The notes beneath the pieces are model-generated. The model did no database searches. It saw nothing but the letters and a program-made list of their open reading frames with translations, and was not told the origin of the DNA. A stretch of DNA of 64,000 bases from an uncultured Acidobacteriota bacterium (lineage in GTDB: Bacteria > Acidobacteriota > Thermoanaerobaculia > Gp7-AA8). This document shows positions 26,851 to 36,740 of the stretch, piece by piece. Position 1 is the first letter of the stretch. Each line of letters opens with the position of its first letter. The position numbers were made by a program, and so were the translations under genes. The stretch spans positions 160,001 through 224,000 of the forward strand of contig CAWGHO010000003.1 in the NCBI GenBank assembly GCA_963822445.1. The letters run 5' to 3'.

Positions 26851-29097
26851 ATGAACCGATACTTCACCCGCGCTGGTGCGCTGGCTCTACTCCTGCTCGC
26901 CATCGCCGGCTGTGCAACGACAAACGACGTGACTACAGATACGACGACACAGACTGCCGCCATCCCCACTCCTGCCGCCGAACCGGCGCCTCCTGCGCCG
27001 GAGCCGACTCCAACGCCCACGTCAGCAACATCCGACAACGCACTGCTCGCGCGCTGGACCGGCCCGTACGGCGGCGTTCCTCCGTTCGACAAGGTTCGCG
27101 TCGCCGACTTCAAGCCCGCGCTCGAAGCGGCCATGGCCGACAACCTGGCCGAGGTCGATCGGATCGCGAAAGATCCCGCTGCGCCGACGTTCGAGAACAC
27201 CATCGTGGCCCTGGAGCGCGCCGGCCGCACGCTCGATCGCGTCGCCACGAGCTACGGCATCTGGAGCTCGAACATGTCCAACGACGAGTTCCAGGCCGTC
27301 GAGACGGAGATGGCGCCGAAGCTCGCCGCGTTCTCGGATCAGATCACGCAGAACGAAGCGCTGTTCCGCCGCATCGAGGCCATCTACAACTCGCCGCAGA
27401 AATCGAGCTGGACGCCCGAGCAGCAGCGCCTGGCCTGGATCTACTACACGAACTTCGTCCGCGCCGGCGCGAAGCTCGACGCGACCGCCAAAGCGAAGCT
27501 CTCCGAGATCAACCAGCAGCTCGCGGGTCTCTACACGAAGTTCGCGCAGAACGTGCTCGCCGACGAGAACGACCAGTTCCTCGTTCTCGAAAGCCAGGCC
27601 GACCTCGCCGGCCTGCCCGAATCGGTCCGCGCCGGTGCGGCCCGGGCGGCGGCGTCCAAGCAGCACGAGGGCAAGTGGGTCATCACCAACACCCGCTCCT
27701 CGATCGAGCCGTTCCTGACCTACTCCACGCGCCGCGATCTGCGCGAAAAGGCGTTCAAGATGTTCGTCAACCGCGGCGACAACGGCGGTGAGCGCGACAA
27801 CAACGCCATCATCACGGACATCCTCCAGCTCCGAGCCCAGCGGGCGAAGCTCCTCGGCTACAAGACCCACGCGCACTGGCGTCTCGAGAACACCATGGCC
27901 AAGACCCCCGAGCGCGCGCTCGAGCTCATGGAGCAGGTCTGGACGCCGGCCGCGGGACGCGTGAAGGAAGAAGTCGCGGACATGCAGCGCGTCGCGAATC
28001 GCGAAGGCGCGAAGATCACCATCGAGCCGTGGGACTACCGCTTCTACGCGGAGAAAGTCCGCAAAGAGAAATACGACCTCGACGAGAACGAAGTGAAGGA
28101 GTACCTGCAGCTCGACAAGCTCCGCGAGGGCATGTTCTGGGTCGCCGGCCAGCTCTTCAACTTCAACTTCACGCCGGTCGACAACGTACCGGTCTATCAC
28201 CCCGACGTGATGGTCTGGGAAGTCAAGGACAAGACCACCGGGCAGCACATCGGCCTCTGGTACTTCGATCCGTATGCACGCGAGGGCAAACAGTCCGGCG
28301 CGTGGATGAACGCGTATCGCAATCAGCATCGCGTCGACGACGCCGGTGCGGTCACGACGATCGTTTCCAACAACTCCAATTTCGTGAAGGGCGAGGCCGG
28401 CCAGCCGGTGCTCATCTCCTGGACGGATGCGGAGACGCTCTTCCACGAGTTCGGCCACGCGTTGCACGGGCTCTCCTCGAACGTCACCTATCCGTCGCTG
28501 TCCGGCACGAGCGTCGTGCGCGATTACGTCGAGTTCCCGTCGCAGCTGCTCGAGCACTGGGTGTCGACGCCGGAAGTGCTGAACAAGTTCGCGGTGCACC
28601 ACAAGACCGGCAAGCCGATTCCGGCGGAGCTGGTGGAGAAGATCGAGAACGCCTCGACCTTCAACGAGGGCTTCAAGACCGTCGAGTACCTCTCCAGCGC
28701 GATCGTCGACATGCGCCTGCATCTCGCCGGCGAGCAGCGCATCGATCCGGACAAGTTCGAGCGGGAGACACTCGAGCAACTGGGCATGCCGCGCGAGATC
28801 GTCATGCGCCACCGCACGCCGCAGTTCCTGCACGTGTTCGCCGGCGACGGGTATTCGGCCGGTTACTACAGCTATCTCTGGTCGGACGTCATCACCGCGG
28901 ATGCGGCCGAGGCGTTCACCGAGGGTGGTGGTTTGTACGATCCGGCGGTTGCGGCGCGGCTGCGGCAGCACATCTTCTCGGTAGGCAACACCATCGATCC
29001 AGCGGAAGGCTATCGCGCGTTCCGCGGACGCGACCCGCAGACCGGCGCGCTGATGCGCAAGCGCGGATTCGCGCGCGAGCGGCGCACGAAGAACTAA
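26851..29097 (+). CDS. dcp: M3 family metallopeptidase (peptidyl-dipeptidase Dcp), lipoprotein
   Basis: IAGC lipobox; FHEFGHALH, DYVEFPSQ, YSAGYYSYLW. Confidence 0.92.
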   Translation: MNRYFTRAGALALLLLAIAGCATTNDVTTDTTTQTAAIPTPAAEPAPPAPEPTPTPTSATSDNALLARWTGPYGGVPPFDKVRVADFKPALEAAMADNLAEVDRIAKDPAAPTFENTIVALERAGRTLDRVATSYGIWSSNMSNDEFQAVETEMAPKLAAFSDQITQNEALFRRIEAIYNSPQKSSWTPEQQRLAWIYYTNFVRAGAKLDATAKAKLSEINQQLAGLYTKFAQNVLADENDQFLVLESQADLAGLPESVRAGAARAAASKQHEGKWVITNTRSSIEPFLTYSTRRDLREKAFKMFVNRGDNGGERDNNAIITDILQLRAQRAKLLGYKTHAHWRLENTMAKTPERALELMEQVWTPAAGRVKEEVADMQRVANREGAKITIEPWDYRFYAEKVRKEKYDLDENEVKEYLQLDKLREGMFWVAGQLFNFNFTPVDNVPVYHPDVMVWEVKDKTTGQHIGLWYFDPYAREGKQSGAWMNAYRNQHRVDDAGAVTTIVSNNSNFVKGEAGQPVLISWTDAETLFHEFGHALHGLSSNVTYPSLSGTSVVRDYVEFPSQLLEHWVSTPEVLNKFAVHHKTGKPIPAELVEKIENASTFNEGFKTVEYLSSAIVDMRLHLAGEQRIDPDKFERETLEQLGMPREIVMRHRTPQFLHVFAGDGYSAGYYSYLWSDVITADAAEAFTEGGGLYDPAVAARLRQHIFSVGNTIDPAEGYRAFRGRDPQTGALMRKRGFARERRTKN

Positions 29098-29154
29098 GAG
29101 ACGTGAATCCCGGGTCGGGCCGTCATGGTTCGATCCGGGATACGCTCGCCGCGT

Positions 29155-30558
29155 ATGAGCGGGAGACGCTGGTGGACGCTGCTTTCGCTCATCGTTCTCT
29201 TCACGCTGGGGCGCGTGGCCACCACGCACCGCGTTTTCGCCCAGACCCTCGATGAGTCGGCGCATCTCATCGCCGGCTACCATGCCCTCACCAAGCGCGT
29301 TTTCACCGTCGACCGGATGCATCCGCCGCTGGCACGCATGCTTTTCGCGCTGCCGTTCGTGACCGCGCCGGAGCCCGGAGCTGACGGGAACAGGCTTTTC
29401 CTCCGCAACGATCGCTACACGCAGAACCTCGCCCGCGCCAGAATGGGCAATCTTCTTTTTCTGGCGTTGGGGATCATCGCCGTCGCGCTGTGGGCGCGGC
29501 AACTGGTCTCGCCTGCAGCCGGTCTGGTTGCCGCAGTTCTCTTCGCGTCGCTTCCACCGGTGCTGGCCCACGGGGGTCTTGCGACGACGGACATGGCCGC
29601 CGCGGCGACGCTCGCACTCGCCCTTTACGCGCTGACGTTGCTGCTGGGATCTCCGACCTGGCCGCGTGCGGCGGGCCTCGCCGTCGCGATCGCCCTGGGA
29701 CTTCTGGCCAAGTATTCGTTCGTCTTCTACTTCCCGGCGTGCGCTTTGGTGATCTTCGCGTTCCGCCGCCGGTTCCCTCTGGCGAAGCTCGCCTCCGCCG
29801 TTGCCGGAGCAGTGCTTCTGGCCGCTCTGGTGATGCCGCCGATGGAGTATCTCGACGGCGTCCTGCAGATCAGAGTCATGACCGCCGATCCGCCGAAGGC
29901 AATTCTCTTCGGTGAAGTGCGCACCGGCGGCTGGTGGTACTACTTTCCGGTCGTGCTGTTCTTCAAGACACCGATCCCTTTTCTTGTTCTCGCGTCGATC
30001 GGTTGCGCCCGAAAACGCGAGCCGGCCGTGATCGCCGTCGTGATTCTGCTGCTGGCCATGACCAGCGGCATCAACATCGGCGTGCGGCACATCCTCCCGA
30101 TTTACGCGCCGCTGGCGGTTGCCGCCGCATCGGTGCGCCTGCGATGGACGGCCGCGATCCTCGGCGCGTGGCTGATCGCCGGCTCGGCGCTCGCGCATCC
30201 CGACTACCTGCCCTGGTTCAACGCCTTTGCCGGCAAAGAGCCGCAGCGCGTTCTGAACGACAGCAATCTCGATTGGGGGCAGGACGTCCTGCGCCTGGTT
30301 CGCGTGGCCCGCAACGAGAAGATCCCCAGCATAACCACGTCACTGGCGTCCAACGCGCCGCTCGATCGCATCGGACTGCCGCCGCGGAAGGATCTCGAGG
30401 CGCTGCAACCCGTGCACGGCTGGGTCGCCATCAGCGAGTTGAACATCGCCCTCGGCCGCGCCATCAGCCCCGAGATTCGCGTCTGGCTCGACGACCTTTT
30501 GCGGGACAGGCCGTATCGCCGGATCGGAACGTCGATCCGCCTCTACCACTTCGAGTGA
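29155..30558 (+). CDS. GT-C glycosyltransferase (ArnT/PMT-like)
   Basis: TLDE..H, HPPL, TTD, LLAKYS, IGVRH, DSNLDWGQD; many TMs. Confidence 0.8.
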   Translation: MSGRRWWTLLSLIVLFTLGRVATTHRVFAQTLDESAHLIAGYHALTKRVFTVDRMHPPLARMLFALPFVTAPEPGADGNRLFLRNDRYTQNLARARMGNLLFLALGIIAVALWARQLVSPAAGLVAAVLFASLPPVLAHGGLATTDMAAAATLALALYALTLLLGSPTWPRAAGLAVAIALGLLAKYSFVFYFPACALVIFAFRRRFPLAKLASAVAGAVLLAALVMPPMEYLDGVLQIRVMTADPPKAILFGEVRTGGWWYYFPVVLFFKTPIPFLVLASIGCARKREPAVIAVVILLLAMTSGINIGVRHILPIYAPLAVAAASVRLRWTAAILGAWLIAGSALAHPDYLPWFNAFAGKEPQRVLNDSNLDWGQDVLRLVRVARNEKIPSITTSLASNAPLDRIGLPPRKDLEALQPVHGWVAISELNIALGRAISPEIRVWLDDLLRDRPYRRIGTSIRLYHFE

Positions 30559-30566
30559 TCATCGCG

Positions 30567-30893
30567 TCAAGCCGCGGGCACTTCCTCTTTGATGAGCCAC
30601 TTCATCACCAGGAACACGACCAGGGCGACGATCACGAAGTCGAGCAGCGCGCCGATGAGGTGTCCGTAGAGGATTGCGTTCTCGGTGACCTTTCCGGCCG
30701 CGTCGGTGCTGCTGCTCAACACGATCCGCGCCTCCCGCCAGCTCCCGCCGGGCAGCACCACGCCGATGATCGGCATGAGCACGTCGTCGGCAACCGCTCC
30801 GACCAGCTTCGCCACCGCCGCGCCGAGCACGACCCCGATGGCCAGGGCAATGGCATTCGCCTTGATCAGAAACGCACGAAATTCAGTGATCAT
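30567..30893 (-). CDS. mscL: Large-conductance mechanosensitive channel
   Basis: EFRAFL..NAIALAIGVVLGAA, DVLMPII, YGHLI..LLDFVIVA. Confidence 0.88.
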   Translation of the reverse strand: MITEFRAFLIKANAIALAIGVVLGAAVAKLVGAVADDVLMPIIGVVLPGGSWREARIVLSSSTDAAGKVTENAILYGHLIGALLDFVIVALVVFLVMKWLIKEEVPAA

Positions 30894-30929
30894 TCGTTCG
30901 ACCTCCGCAGGGTGCCTACGGTACACCGG

Positions 30930-31133
30930 CTAGTCGCCGTCGGTCTCGAGGTCGTCGGGATCGCTGCCGGTCACACGCTCTTCCACGAGCACGCCGTTGC
31001 GAACGATGACGATGGCGGTGTTGGTCTGGCGGGCGATCTCCCGTGCGCGGCGAGCAGCGCGTAGCAGGGCCTGCGGCGCGGCCTGCATGTCGCCGTCCGG
31101 TAACTTCGACTTCAGATCGTCGTGGTGCGACAT
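30930..31133 (-). CDS. Small hypothetical protein
   Basis: GGAGG RBS; ALLRAARRAREIARQTNTAIVIVRNG pattern. Confidence 0.7.
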   Translation of the reverse strand: MSHHDDLKSKLPDGDMQAAPQALLRAARRAREIARQTNTAIVIVRNGVLVEERVTGSDPDDLETDGD

Positions 31134-31227
31134 CGTGACCTCCCTCGCGAACACGAATGGCGACGCGCGCGTTCTTCCGGTCGGCTTCGCGACCGCGCGC
31201 GTCCCAAACCCCACTTTCCAAAACATG

Positions 31228-31256
31228 TTGACGAACGGACTTTTTGCCGTCAGAAT
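31228..31256 (+). promoter_or_regulatory. Sigma70-type promoter of the redox operon
   Basis: TTGACG-N17-CAGAAT, overlapped by the TGACG-N14-CGTCA inverted repeat. Confidence 0.55.
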
Positions 31257-31303
31257 CTCCGCTCGTCCCACCCACCACCACAATCTGCTGAAGGGAGCTG
31301 TCT

Positions 31304-31846
31304 ATGCTCTGGCGCGCCACGGTTCAGAACGAGGACCCCGCGAAGCCCATCGGTTTCTCGCCCACGAATCAGCAAGCGCAGGCCGGCGATGCGCTCTTCT
31401 GGTTCAACGAAGACGCTCATGAGAGCCATCAACCCGTCCCCGACTCAGGCGTCTGGAACATCGAAGTCATTCCCCCCGGCAATTCCTCCGAGCAGTTGAG
31501 TCTCAGCAGTCCCGGCGAGCTCTCCTATCACTGCGCCATCCACACGAACGAAAAGGCGACCATCGTCGTCGCCAACGCCGTGCTCATCGCCGCCGGCTCC
31601 AACCCGCTCTTCGGCAGCACCGCCGTCACAACGGGCCAGTGCGTTTCGTGGGGCAACTCCGACGCCGAAGCGCACCAGCCCTGTCCCGACAGCGGCGACC
31701 CCTGGTTCGATGCTCCCATCCCCTCGGGCGACCTCTCGGCATCGGTACCGTTCAAAACCGCCGGCACGATCACCTATCACTGCGCCCTGCACCCGGACAA
31801 CGCTGCCGAAACGGGCACCCTCACCGTCACCAATCCGACCACCTGA
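31304..31846 (+). CDS. Tandem two-domain cupredoxin-like protein, no signal peptide
   Basis: Two repeats of WxNxD..HQP...G..xYHCxxH; AAGGGAG RBS; in-frame stop just upstream. Confidence 0.8.
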   Translation: MLWRATVQNEDPAKPIGFSPTNQQAQAGDALFWFNEDAHESHQPVPDSGVWNIEVIPPGNSSEQLSLSSPGELSYHCAIHTNEKATIVVANAVLIAAGSNPLFGSTAVTTGQCVSWGNSDAEAHQPCPDSGDPWFDAPIPSGDLSASVPFKTAGTITYHCALHPDNAAETGTLTVTNPTT

Positions 31847-31866
31847 AAATTAGAAAGGGGAGTTTC

Positions 31867-34161
31867 ATGGCCGACCACCTCGACCCCCTCCACACAAATC
31901 CCGACGCGGAGACGGAAGACCAGCAGAGCTTCGTCGCCAGCCGCCGCGACTTCATCAGCCTCGCCCTCGCCGCCGGATCCGGCGTCGCCCTCTGGCCGCT
32001 GTTTTCGCTCGAGGCCCAGGTTGCCGGCGCGTTCTGCGCGGGCATCACCGGCAAAGAGCTCGTCAATCCCGGCGAGATCGTCGGCGGCGGCGGTTTCCTC
32101 CGCGGCCTCATCGACCTCGGCGTCGAAGCCCGCAGCGTCACCTACTACCAGCCGTCGACCGTCAAGAAGACACCTCCCGCCGCGGGCGGCTATGTCTGCG
32201 TGAAGCCGACGCTGCGCGCCTACCAGGGCTATCAGGGCTGGAGTCTCGATCCGAAGAACCGGGTCACCGTCGTCGGCACGTCAGGTCCCGGCCCCACGCT
32301 GCGCGCGAAAGTCGGCGACAAGATCGAGCTGATCTTCCTCAATCGCGTCGACCGCGCGAAGTTCAACCAGACCTCGCTGACGAGCATCAAGAGCGCGCCG
32401 AACAAATGCGACACGGTCCTGAACACGGATGGCACCGAGGCTTATCCGGCGAATGACAAAGCGCGGTTTCCGAACTGCTTCCACGCTTCGAACACCAGCA
32501 ACCTCCATTTCCACGGCACGCACACCACGCCGGGAACCTTCGGCGACAACGTTCTGATCGGCGTCCTGCCGCATCCCGGGATGAACCCGACCAACGCCAT
32601 CGACACCGCGAAGCGGGCCTATGCCGACTGGGACGCCGGCAAGGACCCCACCAAGTGGCTCATCGAGGACGCGATGGCCAACCTTCAGGTGATGCTCGCC
32701 GCGGCCGAAGCGGCGAAGGACGACGCGCTGGCGACGCAACTCCGCGACGCCATCAACACCAACGAGACCAACCTCGCCCACGGCGAGTGGCCGCAGTACT
32801 GGCCGGGCTTCTATCCCCACTTCTTCGACCTTCCGATCTGGAGCGGCAGCCTGCAGAAGTTCCCGAAGATGGGGCAGTCGCCGGGAACGCACTGGTATCA
32901 CTGCCATCAGCACGGCTCGACCGCGCTGCAGCTCATCAACGGCATGGGCGGCCTGTTCATCATCACCGGCGATTACGACGATCAGATCCTGCGCATCGGC
33001 GCGGCCACGCCCGACAAGCCGAAGTACAAAGAAAAGGTCATGATCTTCCAGATCTTCGGCGAGCAACCGCAGCAGATCCAGGCCAGCCCCACCACCAACC
33101 AGATCACCGTCAACGGCCAGGTCGTCCCCACCATCAGCATGAAGAAAACGGAAGTGCAGTGGTGGCGTATCGGCGACGCGGCCATGAAAGCGCACGGCGT
33201 CGGCGAGTTCGCGTTCCTCGACGAGCAGACCTACAACTACTACGTCAACAACCCCACCGCGCTGCAGGTGCCGGCGCAGGCCGGCAGCCCGACCATGGCG
33301 CCGCTGCCGGCGATCGATCCCGCCAAGGTCCCGAATCTCTACCAGACCGCGCAGGACGGCGTGCAGCTCGACTGGACCAACTTCACGCGCCTTTCGAAGA
33401 TGACCTCGACCATGCAGGCGCCGGGCAATCGCGCCGATTTCCTGGTCAAGGCGCCGGCCAACGCCGCCACGAGCTACCTCGTGTTCTGGTTCGCGGAGAA
33501 GGGTCCTCCCGCGCCGGCGGACATCCGCCTGAACCTCGTGGCCAAGATCGTGACGGCCGGTGATCCGGTCGGCGTCAACACGACCCTGCCCACCACCGAA
33601 GAGGAGTATCCGAAGCAGCCCGATTTCCTCACCGACGTCACCGACGAGGAGATCGAAGGCCGCCATCGCACGCTCGTCTTCAGCATGGAAGGCGGGATCG
33701 GTACCCAGCCGGTCTTCAAAATCGACGGCAAGCAGTTCGAGGAGGGGGTCATCGACCAGCTCATGCTCCTCGGCAATGCCGAAGAGTGGACCGTGGAGAA
33801 CATCTCCGGACGCTCGGTGATGCATCCGTTCCACATCCACATCAACCCGTTCCAGGTCACGGAGATCTTCGATCCGCTGACCATGAAAGAGCCGCTGAAG
33901 CTTCCGGCGCCGTGGGTCTGGTGGGACACCTTCCCGATTCCCGCGGGCGTGCAGAAGATCGCCAACGGCAAGTTCCAGTTCGACCCTGTGACGAACTTAC
34001 CGGTTCTCGAAGGACCTCCCGGTCACATCAAGATCCGCACGCGGTTCGTCGACTACCCCGGCACTTACGTTCTGCACTGCCACATCCTCGGCCACGAAGA
34101 CCGCGGAATGATGCAGCTCGTCAAGGTCATGGACAACAAGACCGTCGTCAAGCATCACTGA
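31867..34161 (+). CDS. Tat-exported multicopper oxidase
   Basis: SRRDFI Tat motif; NLHFHG, WYHCHQH, HPFHIH, HCHILGHEDRGM. Confidence 0.93.
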   Translation: MADHLDPLHTNPDAETEDQQSFVASRRDFISLALAAGSGVALWPLFSLEAQVAGAFCAGITGKELVNPGEIVGGGGFLRGLIDLGVEARSVTYYQPSTVKKTPPAAGGYVCVKPTLRAYQGYQGWSLDPKNRVTVVGTSGPGPTLRAKVGDKIELIFLNRVDRAKFNQTSLTSIKSAPNKCDTVLNTDGTEAYPANDKARFPNCFHASNTSNLHFHGTHTTPGTFGDNVLIGVLPHPGMNPTNAIDTAKRAYADWDAGKDPTKWLIEDAMANLQVMLAAAEAAKDDALATQLRDAINTNETNLAHGEWPQYWPGFYPHFFDLPIWSGSLQKFPKMGQSPGTHWYHCHQHGSTALQLINGMGGLFIITGDYDDQILRIGAATPDKPKYKEKVMIFQIFGEQPQQIQASPTTNQITVNGQVVPTISMKKTEVQWWRIGDAAMKAHGVGEFAFLDEQTYNYYVNNPTALQVPAQAGSPTMAPLPAIDPAKVPNLYQTAQDGVQLDWTNFTRLSKMTSTMQAPGNRADFLVKAPANAATSYLVFWFAEKGPPAPADIRLNLVAKIVTAGDPVGVNTTLPTTEEEYPKQPDFLTDVTDEEIEGRHRTLVFSMEGGIGTQPVFKIDGKQFEEGVIDQLMLLGNAEEWTVENISGRSVMHPFHIHINPFQVTEIFDPLTMKEPLKLPAPWVWWDTFPIPAGVQKIANGKFQFDPVTNLPVLEGPPGHIKIRTRFVDYPGTYVLHCHILGHEDRGMMQLVKVMDNKTVVKHH

Positions 34162-34188
34162 CGAGTAGGTTCGTAGAGGAGAACGGTC

Positions 34189-36714
34189 ATGCGGAAGCTC
34201 CTGCTGTGGCTCATCGTAATCATCGTGGTTGTCATCGCCGGTCTGTGGATCTGGAAGCTCCTCGAAAAAGACGAAGACAAACCGGTAGCCGGCCAGGTCC
34301 TCGATGAGGCGAAGCTGGCCGGACGCGACGCGGCGAGCATGCCCGGCGCGGACGAGGACTACTACGCCGACATGGATTACGGCGTGACCAAAGATCCCGC
34401 GCTGATGCATGCGCGGCTCTCGCCGTACGTTCCGGGAATCACGCCGCAGGACGCGGTGCGCCGCGCCGCCATCGGCCGCAACAACTGGGTCGTCTGGACC
34501 GCGGGCAACGATCGTCTGTGGGACATCCTCTCGGTCAGCAGCTTCGGCAATCTCGATCTGCTCAAGACCGTCTCCAACCATCCCAATCTCAAGTTCAGCC
34601 GCGACACGCGCTGGCAGTACCTCGGCCTGGTGAACGAGCCCTGCTACAAGAAGAGCACCGCGCCGCGCGCCGACCGTTTCGGCCTCTGGCTCGATGAGCG
34701 GGTCACCGGCGGCGACTGCAAACCCGATCCCTTCGAGAACGAGCAGAAGTATCCCGGCGTGAAGTACGGCGCGCGCGGAACGGGCAAGCTGCCGGTCGGC
34801 TCGTACTACGGCTACGGCACGGGCATCGTCGGCCTGCGTCTCTTCCCGAATCCGAACTTCGACGAGAAGGCCGCGGCGGCGTGGGACCCGGTGCGCTACT
34901 ACACCGATCCCGCGTACTACCAGAGCGACAAGCTGGTGAAGCCGTATCGCGTGGGCATGTCCTGCGGCTTCTGCCACGTCGGCCCCAATCCCTCGAATCC
35001 TCCCGCCGATCCCGAGAACCCGAAGTGGGAAAACCTGAACAGCAACCCCGGCGCGCAGTACTTCTGGATCGATCGCATCTTCCAGTGGGAGCCCGACCAG
35101 GGCAACTTCATCTTCCAGCTCTTCCACACCTCCCGTCCCGGCGCGCTGGACACGTCGCTGGTCTCCTCCGACCAGATCAACAACCCGCGCACGATGAACG
35201 CGATCTACAACCTGCAGGGACGCCTGGACATCTCCCGCCGCTGGGGTCAGGAGAAGCTCGGTCCGGGATCGAACGACAACAAGCAGCTCAATGATTACGT
35301 CCCCGCCGGCACGCCGCTGACGCAGTACTTCGAGAAGCCGGACACGGTTTACACGACACACGTGCTCAAGGACGGCGCGGACTCGGTCGGCGCACTGGGC
35401 GCGCTCAATCGCGTCTACCTGAACATCGGCCTGTTCAGCGAAGAATGGCTCCTCCACTTCGTTCCGCTCCTTGGCGGACGGGACATCACGCCGATTCCCA
35501 TCGCCGCCGCGCGCAAGAACTCGACGTACTGGAACGCGAACGAGATGCAGACGCCCGATCTGGCGCTCTTCTTCCTCGCCAGCGCCACTCCCGATTACCT
35601 GGCGAAGGCGCCGGGTGGTGCGGCCTTCATGGCTGACGCGCCGCTCATCCCGCAAGGCAAAAAGGTCTTTGCCGAGCGTTGCGCGCGCTGCCACTCGAGC
35701 AAGCTGCCCGAGAAGACTCTCGCCAATCACTTCAAACCCGGCTGCGTCGGCCCGGACTACATGAAGTGCTGGAACGACTACTGGCAGCACACCAAGACGC
35801 CGGAGTTCAAGACCGAGATGACGGCCATGGTCAACGACCCGACGTTCCTCGACGGCAACTTCCTGTCGAACGACGTCCGCGTTCCGGTGACGCTGCTGCA
35901 GACCAACGCCTGCAGTCCTCTGGCGACGAACGCGATCCGCGGCGACATTTGGGACAACTTCTCCTCCGAGTCGTACAAGAACCTTCCCTCGGTCGGAAAG
36001 GTGATGATCCACCATCCGTACACCGGCGAGCCGTCCTGGTACGAGCTGCCGGACGGCGGACGCGGATTCACCCGCCCCGCGTCGCTGGTCAGCCTCTGGT
36101 CGACCGCGCCGTTCCTGCAGAACAACTCCGTCGGACCGTTCGAGTGGACCGGATCGGTCGCCGGCCGCATGAAGTCGTTCGACGCGTCGATCATCGAAAT
36201 GCTCTGGCCGGAGAAGCGCCAGGGAAGCAAGAGCTATCAGACCGCGTCGGGCAAAGCCCATCCGGGCGTCATCGACGTCACCACCGCGACGGCCTACCTC
36301 AAGGTTCCGAAAGGCTATCTGCCGAAGGACCTCCAGGGCCTGACCGGAATCCTGGGCTGGTTCCTCCCGAACGCGTTCCACGACGACAGCCTGCAGGTCG
36401 GTCCGATTCCGAAGGGAACGCCGGTCAACCTGCTGTCGAACATCAATCTGAAGACGCCGACCCCGCAACTGCTCAGCCTCGGCAAGACCCTGATCAAGGA
36501 CCTCAAGAAACTGCCGCGCAATGCGACCGACGACGATGCGCGAAAGGCATTCGCGAACGCGGTTCCCAAGCTGCTGGCGGCATCGAAGTGTCCCGATTTC
36601 GTGGTCAACCGCGGTCACTACTTCGGCACGGACTTCCTGCCCGCGAGCGAAGGGGAGCCGGGCCTGACCGACGCGGACAAGCAGGCTCTCATCGCGTATC
36701 TGAAGACGTTCTGA
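34189..36714 (+). CDS. Membrane-anchored dihaem cytochrome c, RoxA/MauG-like
   Basis: N-terminal TM; CGFCH and CARCH; SLWSTAPFLQNNSVG; GHYFG...ALIAYLKTF. Confidence 0.85.
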   Translation: MRKLLLWLIVIIVVVIAGLWIWKLLEKDEDKPVAGQVLDEAKLAGRDAASMPGADEDYYADMDYGVTKDPALMHARLSPYVPGITPQDAVRRAAIGRNNWVVWTAGNDRLWDILSVSSFGNLDLLKTVSNHPNLKFSRDTRWQYLGLVNEPCYKKSTAPRADRFGLWLDERVTGGDCKPDPFENEQKYPGVKYGARGTGKLPVGSYYGYGTGIVGLRLFPNPNFDEKAAAAWDPVRYYTDPAYYQSDKLVKPYRVGMSCGFCHVGPNPSNPPADPENPKWENLNSNPGAQYFWIDRIFQWEPDQGNFIFQLFHTSRPGALDTSLVSSDQINNPRTMNAIYNLQGRLDISRRWGQEKLGPGSNDNKQLNDYVPAGTPLTQYFEKPDTVYTTHVLKDGADSVGALGALNRVYLNIGLFSEEWLLHFVPLLGGRDITPIPIAAARKNSTYWNANEMQTPDLALFFLASATPDYLAKAPGGAAFMADAPLIPQGKKVFAERCARCHSSKLPEKTLANHFKPGCVGPDYMKCWNDYWQHTKTPEFKTEMTAMVNDPTFLDGNFLSNDVRVPVTLLQTNACSPLATNAIRGDIWDNFSSESYKNLPSVGKVMIHHPYTGEPSWYELPDGGRGFTRPASLVSLWSTAPFLQNNSVGPFEWTGSVAGRMKSFDASIIEMLWPEKRQGSKSYQTASGKAHPGVIDVTTATAYLKVPKGYLPKDLQGLTGILGWFLPNAFHDDSLQVGPIPKGTPVNLLSNINLKTPTPQLLSLGKTLIKDLKKLPRNATDDDARKAFANAVPKLLAASKCPDFVVNRGHYFGTDFLPASEGEPGLTDADKQALIAYLKTF

Positions 36715-36740
36715 ACGGCGTTTGAGCTGGGGGGAAACGA

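Noticed and set aside
31867-34161. MCO as copper nitrite reductase or part of a Cu-resistance operon
   Set aside because: It has the full laccase-type four-motif set, and there are no copA/copB/cus genes nearby.
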